Below are positions 13,901 to 25,900 of a DNA stretch of 64,000 nt, one piece after another (positions within the stretch are counted from its first letter, which is position 1; each line of letters begins with the position of its first letter). The notes below the pieces were generated by a model. The model had not been told where the DNA came from. It made no database searches and was given only the letters and a program-made list of their open reading frames with translations. The DNA is from Tubiluchus corallicola (lineage: Eukaryota > Animalia > Priapulida), in NCBI GenBank assembly GCA_030141605.1, contig JAQGDQ010000612.1, forward strand, positions 64,464 through 128,463, written 5' to 3'. Made by a program: the position numbers and the translations under genes.

Positions 13901-16900
13901 TTGGTATTTATGGTTTTCTTAAGCTTTTCTCAAATGAAGAACAAGGTTTAAGAAAGTTATGTTAAAGAACAAGAAAACCTTCCACTTACATAAAGCCTAT
14001 AAAATTCTTCTTAAAATTTCCTATCACTTACGTACTGACTTTTTGCATGCGGGCTTGCGTCGACATTAACCCTGTATAAAACATGTAAATTTAAACTCCC
14101 GCGATGACTGTTAGACGCAGCCATTTTGACGGTAGATCACAAGTTTAGAAACAAGTAGAAACAAGTTTAGATGATATTGCGTAAAGTTTGAAAAAATAAT
14201 CAGAGCATTCATAGCACACTTGTTGCTAAGTAAAATTTTAAATTACTGTATATTGTCAATATGTTTCTAGCTAGTGAGTGGCGCACCCTGGAGGATGAGT
14301 CAGCAACATTTTACCAATAGGCACAAACATTTTAAATTATTATTTCAAGTTACATAAGTCTTTTCAGTAGGTAAGCGAAATGTAATGGCACCGTCGGAAC
14401 AGTACTGCGGGAGATTTAAAATGAAAGAAACAAAAATTCCTTTTAACGCGAGTACGATATACGCATAAAATTGCTATAAAGTATTATATTTTTTAAGGTG
14501 ATCCTTTAACAAAATATTTTAGGTAGTTTCATCTAGGACTTACTAGTCATGCCGGTACGAAAATCATTTTTGCAATTTTAAACAAAACTGCAGAATTTTT
14601 GCAAAATTAGCCATTTTTCTGTGAGAAATGGTTACTGAGCTAGAGTGGTGATTGGTCGAAACAGTGACATGTGACTTCATAACCCTAAATAACAACCTAC
14701 TCATTGTTTAAGTGCACAGGTTGGAAAAACCAAAATTAGTTTAGCTCGGTTAATAATGGCGGAAATTATAACAGAGAATAAAGGAAACCTTTTTATTTCA
14801 CATGAACTTGATTAGTGCCTTACTGTGCATTTGCTTGTACGAAAGCTTGTTTCAGTTTGTCTGTCTCCATTTTCAGACGGCTTCTCATGCCGATGCTTCT
14901 AGCTGGTTGAAAGATGAACAAATGTCTCCAGAAGTCCAGGCAAAGGTACTCCATAAAATGCTGAAATTCACAATTATAAATTACGTTCCAAATATTCGTC
15001 TGTTACTCTTTTAGCAGCTGATCAGTTTTTATCTGTTTTTCAAATAGTTACAGTATTCAAAGAATTAATTAAAATCTTAACAAGTTTTGGGGAATATTGT
15101 AAGAAAAGTGAAATGATGTAACTTGATTGTATGAAAATGAAGATACAATTACACCTTCTTAATAGACGTAAGACTACAGCACTTTATTTATCACAAAGAG
15201 TAAGTTTTTTTACAGTTGTAAAATCTATAAAGCGGATAATTGATATCCATGTTTTAACCTACAGGTGAATAACTTTTGTCAATTAACGTCTTGCATTAAT
15301 TAATGGCTATATTAACTATACTTAATTAATGAAATAGCTGTATTTCATTACGTAAGAACAAAACTTGTCAACTTGAACAACTTTTCCTCATTCATCGTAG
15401 GTACAAGGTTTGAAGCTGATAAGTCGCTGGCTTCTTGGTCTACGGTCGAATCAGTCGGGCGTCGGTGCGTCGACGCTACGATTGTTAAACACGATGATAA
15501 CTCATCAGGGAGACTTGATGGAACGTGGCATGCTCAAGTAAGTGGTTGCTGTATTCATGTCCTATTTTCTTACTGGAAAACCCCGGAGCAGCCAGAACTT
15601 GCTGTAATCCTGAAATTTGTACAGTTAGTCAGTAAAGTCAACAGCGGCACTAGATATAAAATTTTAGTGGAAAATTTTTTGGTTCCTGAAATGTTTTGCA
15701 GTGCTGAAAGTGGGACATCTGAGAAACTTTACGCCTCGGTCTTTCTTTCTTAGTGCTTCTATACGCTTTAGATTTTTAGTTACTATTAGACTTCTTCTCT
15801 TTTGTTGATTTTTCAACATCATTTTACTGTTTTGCTAATCCCGAGACAGTGGCACATCAAGACTAAAACATGCTTCATCGCTATCATATTTCACGTATAT
15901 TATTACAAACTCTGATAAATTGCTGGGCAATGAGTCTATAGTCGATGCATGACACTCGGTGTTGTTAGAATTTTCACTTAGGGCAAGATAGGTAGCCCTC
16001 ATGGCTGTAAATTTCACCAGCAGATGTCTCTGATAATCACTTTGGCAATGGCTATCTGTCAAAGTTCTCTATATATCAGTCTACAACTGTTTTAATTTTT
16101 AGTGTTGCGGAAATGGCCCGACTACGGCTTGTTGCCGGTAGCAACATCTTGAAATTGGCAGCAGAACCTTGTTACGGGGACATAATGACTCGGGAGCAAT
16201 TCCAGACGGTAGCTCTGCTTATAAATGTAAGTATTCCTCCTTTTTAACTTGCTCATTGTGCTTTGGGCAGTTTTAGACAGTAGTTAAGTTCACATTAAAT
16301 ATTATTTAAAAATGTTGTAAATTGTAAAAAGCAAGTATTTGTTATGATAATGTCATTGCGTCTGATAAACATTTATACTGATGTATGGCCAACAGGGCCA
16401 ATCACAATCACATCATATTATATCATATACATGTGCGAAGAAATCTTGCCAAAGCACATTGGACTGTTCTATGCTGTGATTGCGTAAAAGTTTTCAATCC
16501 ACCATTATCCGTTAAATTACAGAATTCAAGAATACATTGGTTTACAGTATTTAAGAAAGCATTATGTACAGTGCTTCTTACTTTAATATCCAAGCTAATT
16601 GGATATCTACGTAGCTCACCTAACATAGGGTTACCATATTGTCTGACACTTTTTCGCACACTTGTAAGTAGGCAAGTTCTGCCACCACATGTCGAGCATT
16701 CGGCTTTCCAGTAATATCGACCTGCGCGAAAACACGGGTACTTGGCCTTTATTTCATCTGTAAATGCACACTGTCGTTTCGGCATTGCTACTTTCTAATT
16801 AACTTTTACCAGTTGCTCAAAATTGCAAAACAGCGAAACTATACAAATTTAAAGAAATTCGCATAAAAACAAACAAAATGGCTCCCGGAAGCTGACGTCA

Positions 16901-19900
16901 TTTTAAGTTGTTAGCGAATACGCCGAGTATCGACAGCGGTGTGAGTCGTATGACCGATAGTGACGTGCGCATCGCTTACTTTTGTTCAGTAAATATGTAC
17001 ACAAAGCTTTTACAAGGGTTGCATTTTGAGATGTTAGCAATATCTTGTATTGAAAATTGACAAGCTTTTCTTTGTCTCGTACTGTCATACGCCTCTGCAA
17101 TTGGCAACATCCGTACATACTTACAGACTGAGGCAAAACCAGGACAAACTGCCGATTTTTTGAAAACCCACCCAGACAGAGACCCAAAAAGAGGACGTGT
17201 CCGGGGAAACCCGGACGTATGGTGACCCTAACCTAACACAGCAGGTGTTGGAGTTGTCAATTTTAGCACCCAAAACTGACAAAGTGGCCAAAATGTGTTG
17301 ATTTGCCAAAAATTGCAAAAGTTGCTTTATTGCTTTGTGTCACCAAATGTTCGACAGTTTTGTTAAAGTAAGGAGTTTTTGTAAAATATACACCGACATA
17401 TTTATTTTCTAAGCAATGATGCAATACAGTGTTGGCAGAATAAAATATTGCATTACCAGGTGTCACAGTATTAAGCATTGATGTCAGACTAAGTTATCGA
17501 ACAAGGTTTTAGACAAAGTTCATATCCAAAATTAATACACTGAAATAGTTGTGATGCTCAATAGACCGCTTAATTACACATTAAAACAGTTTAAGACTTC
17601 TGAACATTTAAATGAAGATTAATGCATTTTAAAGAATTTGAAACTCGCACAAATAAAGTTACGTCAGTCACTAGCACTCTAGTTTGTTTGAAAGATTTGG
17701 TTTTGTGTAAAAGAAAATTCTCGGTAATTTTAATAAATCGCATCTTTAGCTACAAAGCTACCGTAATGTGAGAGACCCACAATCCCAACATACATCAGAT
17801 GCTCAGATAGATAATTATTATTAAGTTAATTTTCGAAGCAATGTAATTTGTTTTCATTAAGCTCGTGATTTTAGCACTGAAATCCTTTGCGTGCATTCAA
17901 AAAAATGTCAGTATATTTACAGAACTTGCTTTAATTTCATAAAATAACGAACATGGAAATGCAGTACTTAAAGCATGAAAGTTTATATTTTCATGTTTTA
18001 CACAGGTCTGTTTCAAAGTGTAAATTCTCCATGCAGCGAACTTGCATGTACTATGTGAAATTTCATAGCACGTTTATTGAACTGCATGTGAAAAGGCGCT
18101 AATGTTGTGTGTAAATTACGTAAACAACAAGTTTTATAAACAAACTCATTTTTGTTGTTTCTTTTTTGTGCACATATAACAATAATAATAAAAAATATTA
18201 ATATTTTTGTGCAGTGAGGTATTTTCAGTCGCGGTTCTTAACTAAAATTACTGGAGGTGCTGCTTCAGAAAATTTTTACCCATTGTTTTAATACTGTGTA
18301 ACATGAAGCAAACATTGTAATGTGTGATTCTAATTTTAAACAAGCAAATATACGACAATTTATACATAAACTTGATAAAATCGTAAATGAGAAAATATTG
18401 TTTTCTTACGAATAGCCCAAATTCAAGAATATTCAAGTACACGGTTTTAAAGCACGTGACAACTGACAACACGTACTGCAGTGAGCGACTCGTTTCTGAC
18501 ATGTGCGCATGGCCGCTTGCGCACAACCACCAAACACCCCGTTGCTGGAGCTGTGAAGTGCACAGTTCCGTCATGTGCTCTGGTTCCTTACAAGTATAAA
18601 GAAAGAATTAAGGAAAAAAGACTCATTATATTGAATATTATCGATAATGATGAGTGAAAACAGGGGTGCTGCAGTTCCACAGTACCTGTACATGAGCCGT
18701 CACTGGATATTTTAAGCTTCCACCTAGTTCTTATGTCCGCTTTAATGAATAAAGTTTTTTCAGCTGAGAATGCTATTTATGGGTCTCTGTTTCTTTGAGT
18801 CTTTATGCTAAACACTATATTTTTCATATCAAAATGAATTGTGTGCTACTGTGTCAGTCTACATATTTTGCAGGATCAGGTGTATGAAGTGCGAGAACAA
18901 TTTGCGCAGAAGCTACATAAGGGTCTCATAACGCTGCGTTTGCCGCTTGAGTTTCTGGGCATTTTTGCTCTGTGTGGTAATGAGCAAAGCAAGCAGCTTC
19001 GAGATCAGAGCAAACAGTTGTTACTGCTAAATATCAACAAGCGGAGAGAGTACTTGCGCCAGCATGCAGCCGCTAATGGTGAGTACTCACAGAGTCTAGC
19101 TATTAGACGTGTACCAAACAGTCTGATTACATCATTTGTAAACCTAGTTTAATGTTTGCTACAGTACAGAATGACTGATGTCAAGGTATTAGACATGTAC
19201 CTCACAGTCTGATTACATCATTTGTAAACCTGGTTTAATGTTTGCTACAGTACAGAATGACTGATGTCTTTAATGAAGCCATGCAACAAGTTTTTTTCCC
19301 AAATTTACAAAATGATACTTCTGAAACTTTTTGTGTCAATTAAAAGATTTTCGGAAGCACGTTGTACTTTCATTTATTTATAGACATATGTAACATATTG
19401 TATGTACTGTTTATACTATTGAGATATAATTCTGTTTTTGTTTCCAATTTTTCTGCGAAACGGACTAAAATCTGGCTCACTTTGGTCGTTTTGTGCCAAA
19501 AATGTTTGCTGGTTTAACAACTGTAAAGAGACAGTAAATTATTAATTACAAATCTGTCTCTATGATAAGAAATAAAAGTTTTTTCTGCAGTGAAAATGTC
19601 GGGCAGATTCCACATTTTGCTGCCATAATTGCAGAAAGTCTTCTCTCACTTTCTACAGTATTTGGTGACTGATTTTGTTGTCGTTTCATTTTCAGCCAAA
19701 AAATTTTCCATTCTACCCGACTACGTGTTGCCGTATGTAATTCACCTGTTGGCTCACGATGCAGACTTCGTTAAAGTAAACGATACGGCATCGCTTAAGC
19801 AACTGCAAGAGTAAGTCGCTCTAATTAATGTCACCTGTCAATTAACAAAGTTTTCCATTCTACCCGACTACGTGTTGCCGTATGTCATTCACCTGTTGGC

Positions 19901-22900
19901 TCACGATGCAGACTTTGTTAAAGTAAACGATACGGCATCGCTTAAGCAACTGCAAGAGTAAGTCGCTCTAATTAATATCACCTGTCAATTAACAAAGTTT
20001 TCCATTCTACCCGACTACGTGTTGCCGTATGTCATTCACCTGTTGGCTCACGATGCAGACTTTGTTAAAGTAAACGATACGGCATCGCTTAAGCAACTGC
20101 AAGAGTAAGTCGCTCTAATTAATTCACCTGTCAATTACAAAGTTTTCCATTCTACCCGACTACGTGTTGCCGTATGTCATTACCTGTTGGCTCACGGTGC
20201 AGACTTTGTTAAGGTAAACGATACGGCATCGCTTAAGCAACTGCAAGAGTAAGTCGCTCTAATTAATGTCACCTGTCAATTAACAAAGTGAATTTACAAA
20301 CTTGCCACATTTTTTCACATGACATTTATAAGCAGAGCAAGTGTTCCAATACTGTCAAGTTCTAATATGAAAACTTTGTAACAAAATGATTAATTCTGCT
20401 TTTTTTCAATCAGTGTTACCCTAACTATGTCCACTGAGAATTTGAAATTTGTATGTACGACTGTGATAAGATACCCACCTCTTATCCGTATGAGTGTTCT
20501 AAGTTTTACTGACTAAACCAAACCAGTGCTAAGTTATTTCAACAGTTGCGTTGATTTGTGCAATTTGAATTTAATTTTGATTAACTATCCCGTTCTAATA
20601 AAATATTTCTTGTGGAACTACTAATACATCTGCCATATTTAACAAGACTATGTGATTCAAATTGATTTCGTTTTTCTTCTTAGTGAGCCCAAATTTTTCG
20701 CACGTTTATCCCGTAGGTTAAATTTAGCACTGAATCTGGAGTTATCCCGCTATCTCATCAGTACAGTCTGCGTTTTCCCATCAATTTCAGGTGTTTGTGG
20801 TTCATCATGGAACCTCTGATGCTGCGTAATGAAAACTATTCCTACAGCTTCTTGAAGAAGTTGATTGAAAACATTAAACAGACAAAAGATGCAATGGACC
20901 CGGACGATGAACTTGTAAACTACGTAAGTCATGATTATGTCTTAGTGTAAAACAGTTTTCATGAACAACGAATCTACAATATTGAACTATTTCAGGGAAG
21001 ACTAACAGTGCTGCACCTTTACCCAGTAACGTGAAAATCCCTGTTTTTCCTCAAATTTTGCTCATTGGATTTAGCGTTAATTGAAACAAGCCTTAAAGTT
21101 AATTGACGAAATAAAGGATAACATTTGAGCTTCTTAAAAAGTGTGTTAAAGTACCTGAAAAAAGTTAAATATTTTTTGATCTGTTACAAGTACTGATAAA
21201 CTGAAGTATGAAGTACAAGTACGTGTACTTGAAAAGTGGTAATCAAGTACTGAATACAAGTAATTTTTGTCAAGTAGAGGTAAGTGTACTTAAAAAATGG
21301 TAGTTAAGTACTGAATACAAGTAATTTTTGTCAATTACAAGTAAGTGTATGTACTTAAAAAGCATTAATCACGTAATCAAGTACTGAATACAATTAATTT
21401 TTGTCAAGTACAAGTACATGTACTTAAAAAGTGGTAGTTAAGTACTGAATACAAGTAATTTTTGTCAAGTTCAAGCAAGTGTATGTACTTAAAAAGCATT
21501 AATCACGTAATCAAGTACTGAATACAATTAATTTTTGTCAAGTACAAGTACATGTACTTAAAAAGTGGTAGTCAAGTACTGAATACAAGTAATTTTTGTC
21601 AAGTACAAGTAAATGTATGTACTTAAAAAGCATTAATCAAGTAATCAAGTACTGAGCACATGTAAATACCTGAAATGGATTGCTACCCATTTATGCCTGA
21701 AAAATTTTGCAAAATTCATTTCCAGTACTGGCACATTTGAGCATTAGCATGCAAGAAAACTACAATAAGCCTATATTTTTTTACTCCAAAGCATTATCTT
21801 TAACCAATCAACTACATCACTAATACATTTTATATGTGTTGACACCGAGAAACACACAGGGTAATGACATCTTCGTCTAAAATGAGAGTTTCAGACCTGC
21901 TTAGAAATTCAGTAATATAACTAAAGTCAAGCGTAACCTATTCAGATAGTTTGATGGAAAAACAAAGCTTGATGCTTCTTTCAGACAGAGAGATTTGATT
22001 GTTTTATTTGTATGTGCTTTGATTCTTAAACAACGGCAAAGTAGTTCTGAAATCTTTAAGGTATATATGACAACCATCATCTTTCTTGTTGTAGAAATTG
22101 TATGCTGTGTGCGACCTCGCGCTGGGATTAGTCATGAGCAAAACCATGAATTTTGTCTTGAAAGATTTTCCGGGAGAACCCGTGCTTCCTGCGAAACTCT
22201 ACACAAATCCCGATAAGGTTAGTGAATGGCCGTGATTTAATCTTTCTTTTCCGGTAAATTATATTTTATTTTTGCTTTATTTAGCAAAGTTTAAGCAGTT
22301 TGTATTTTCGTGGTGCTAGCATTATACGAAACAAAAAGACGCTGTTACACTTTGACGCAACTAATAGAGACATAGCTTGAGTTCTGACTTCCCCGTGTTG
22401 CCTGCACATCCCCACAACTCTTCATGCTGAGCCACTTGAGTTCTGACTTCCTCGTGTTGCCTGCACACCCCCACAACTAAGCATGCTGAGCCACTTGAGT
22501 TCTGACTTCCCCGTGTTGCCTGCACCCCCCCAACTCTTCTTGCTGAGCCACTTGAGTTCTGACTTCTCCGTGTTGCCTGCACACCCCCACAACTCTTCTT
22601 GCTGAGCCACTTGAGCTCTGACTTCCCCGTGTTTCCTGCACACCCCCACAACTCTTCATGCTGAGCCACTTGAGTTCTGACTTCCCCGTGTTTCCTGCAC
22701 ACCCCTACAACTCTTCATGCTGAGCCACTTGAGCTTTGACTTCCCCGTGTTGCCTGCACACACCCACAACTCTTCATGCTGAGCCACTTGAGCTTTGACT
22801 TCCCCGTGTTGCCTGCACACACCCACAACTCTTCATGCTGAGCCACTTGTGTTCTGACTTCCTCGTGTTGCCTGCACATCCCCACAACTCTTCATGCTGA

Positions 22901-25900
22901 GCCACTTGTGTTCTGACTTCCTCGTGTTGCCTGCACACCCCCACAACTCTTCATGCTGAGCCACTTGTGTTCTGACTTCCTCGTGTTGCCTGCACACACC
23001 CACAACTCTTCATGCTGAGCCACTTGAGTTCTGACTTCCTCGTGTTTCCTGCACACCCCCACAACTCTTCATGCTGAGCCACTTGTGTTCTGACTTCCTC
23101 GTGGCCTGCACACACCCACAACCCATGCTGAGCCACTTGAGTTCTGACTTCCCCGTGTTGCCTGCACACCCCCACAACTCTTCATGCTGAGCCACTTGAG
23201 TTCTGACTCCTGTCTACACCACAACCCACAACCTCCCCGTGTTGCCTGCACACCCCCACAACTCTTCTTGCTGAGCCACTTGAGTTCTGACTTCCCCGTG
23301 TTGCCTGCACACCCCCACAACTCTTCATGCTGAGCCACTTGAGTTCTGACTTCCCCGTGTTGCCTGCACACCCCCACAACTCTTCATGCTGAGCCACTTG
23401 AGTTCTGACTTCCCCGTGTTGCCTGCACACCCCCACAACTCTTCATGCTGAGCCACTTGAGTTTTGACTTCCTCGTGTTGCCTGCACACCCCCACAGCTC
23501 TTCATGCTGAGCCACTTGAGTTCTGACTTCCCCGTGTTGCCTGCACACACCCACAACTCTTCATGCTGAGCCACTTGAGTTCTGACTTCCTCGTGTTTCC
23601 TGCACACCCCCACAACTCTTCTTGCTGAGCCACTTGAGTTCTGACTTCCTCGTGTTGCCTGCACACACCCACAACTCTTCATGCTGAGCCACTTGAGTTC
23701 TGACTTCCTCGTGTTGCCTGCACACCCCCACAACTAAGCATGCTGAGCCACTTGAGTTCTGACTTCCTCGTGTTGCCTGCACACACCCACAACTCTTCAT
23801 GCTGAGCCACTTGAGTTCTGACTTCCCCGTGTTGCCTGCACACCCCCACAACTCTTCATGCTGAGCCACTTGAGTTCTGACTTCCCCGTGTTGCCTGCAC
23901 ACCCCCACAACTCTTCATGCTGAGCCACTTGAGTTCTGACTTCCCCGTGTTGCCTGCACCCCCCCAACTCTTCATGCTGAGCCACTTGAGCTCTAACCCC
24001 GTGTTCCTCACCCACAACTCTTCATGCTGAGCCACTTGAGTTCTGACTTCCCCGTGTTGCCTGCACACCCCCACAACTCTTCTTGCTGAGCCACTTGAGT
24101 TCTGACTTCCCCGTGTTGCCTGCACATCCCCACAACTCTTCTTGCTGAGCCACTTGAGTTCTGACATGCTAAGTAACATAACTTTGCATGGAATTTTTTT
24201 AGGACATAATTTGATATTGCCTTTTCTTCCCCCGATTTACGTTTGCATAGGTGAGGTCATGTAATGGCGGAAGAGTATTGCGGGAGACTTAGAATGAAAA
24301 CAAACTAAAATTCATTTCAACGCGAGTACGATATATCCGTAAAATTGCTGTAAAGTAATATAATTTTTTAAGACTTCAGGTACCTCTTTTCTTGTCTTTT
24401 AAGTAGTAAAATGTTACTGAATGTGACTTGAATGACAAGATTTCTTTGAAAAAAACTTTGGGATAGTGAATGATTAGTCAAGAATCCTTATGGATAACTT
24501 TTTCACTCATTTTACATGATTAATTATTTCATTTCTTGTGTCTAATATTACAAACTTCCCAATTAGCAGCTCTTGTTGCTGCTGCTGCTGCTGCTGCTGT
24601 GGTTCGTGTTGTTATCGTTTTGTCGTCGTTATCGTCGTGATTTTTATTATTAACATTTTAAATCGGTTTGAAATATGCTACCATTTATACATTATCGTCA
24701 AAAACATGTTGGAAATTATTGATTTTAAAATTTGTTGTTTTTACGTTTTCAGACGTACAGTAACAACAAGCTCTACTTGCCTCGTGAGTTTGCATTCACA
24801 CCGCCTCGAGTGGTAAGTATGTGGGCTTCTCACCTCTTTTTACAACATGGCTTCATGCTGTTTTATATAAGCATTTTCCCAGTGTGAACAACTTTATTAC
24901 AAGTGCAAACTGTAAAAGGTCATTAAAGTTTTAAACTAAATTTATATGATCTTGATATATAGCTAGTGCGCTTTGTCAACGTGTCGGATGTCAAACTGTA
25001 AGAAGTTTTTAATATAAGCATTTTTTTGTCTCATGTTTGAGCTTTCATGCTGATTGCTTTTCCGGAATTTTCCAGAGAGGGAAGGCTGCCCGGGAGGCTA
25101 TGATGGCTAATCTCAGCCGCATTCCAGCTGCCTTACCCAGGAAAACTGTTTCCACGACGAATAGCGGTAACACGACACAGTAAGTGTGAAGTTCCGACGC
25201 TTTTGAAACACAACAAATTTTGGAAAACGAAACGCTTGCAAACTTTTATCTCTTTAGATCGATAAATAGAAAAATCCTACGGTTAAATTATCACAAAAAA
25301 TAGGAAAAAAGAAAGAAAACACATTTCAATTACCACTTTAGTTCTTCTTGTGAATAAAAAGTAGGACAAAAACTAAGCCATAATGAATTACTAGAACTAC
25401 TAAACTAATTTTTTGTGAAACATAGAAAGGATGTCACACTATGAAGGATACAAGTAAGTAGCAAAAACACAGAAGCACAGCAAGTAAAAACACAAGGGAG
25501 AAACACAAGTATAAAATCCCTGTCTATAGTCAGAGTACAGAGTGGGGCACAACAAAAACCTTTAGGAACCTCTGCAAATTCTGATATCATCATTTTCGTA
25601 TTCGCAAACAGGAAAGTCATATAAAATATTACTGTATGAGTCAACGTAGTCCATTATACATATAACCTCACTTCGAATATGTGAGTGAACGACTAAGTAT
25701 AAGTATTTCAAAGTAGTTTATGCTTTGCCTGTGCACTGCAGTTTATTACGCTTTTTAGTTTTCGTTTAATGGAGTTTATTCTTTCTCAGGTTGGTCCCAA
25801 GAGGTAGAGGGCGACCGAGAAAATACGTCACCGAAATGCGTAAGTATGAACTTTACGAAAAGACAAAATGTTACGCCAAGCTTTGTTAAGTGGTTTCTTG

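Noticed and set aside
19851-20248. Mutually exclusive alternative exons in PDS5
   Set aside because: Copies 2-4 lack a polypyrimidine tract, are separated by only ~40 nt and have the wrong acceptor phase.
22361-24179. Many overlapping repetitive ORFs; CRISPR-like appearance
   Set aside because: Head-to-tail 59-bp minisatellite with no unique spacers and no cas genes, in a eukaryotic intron; the ORFs are artefacts of the unit.
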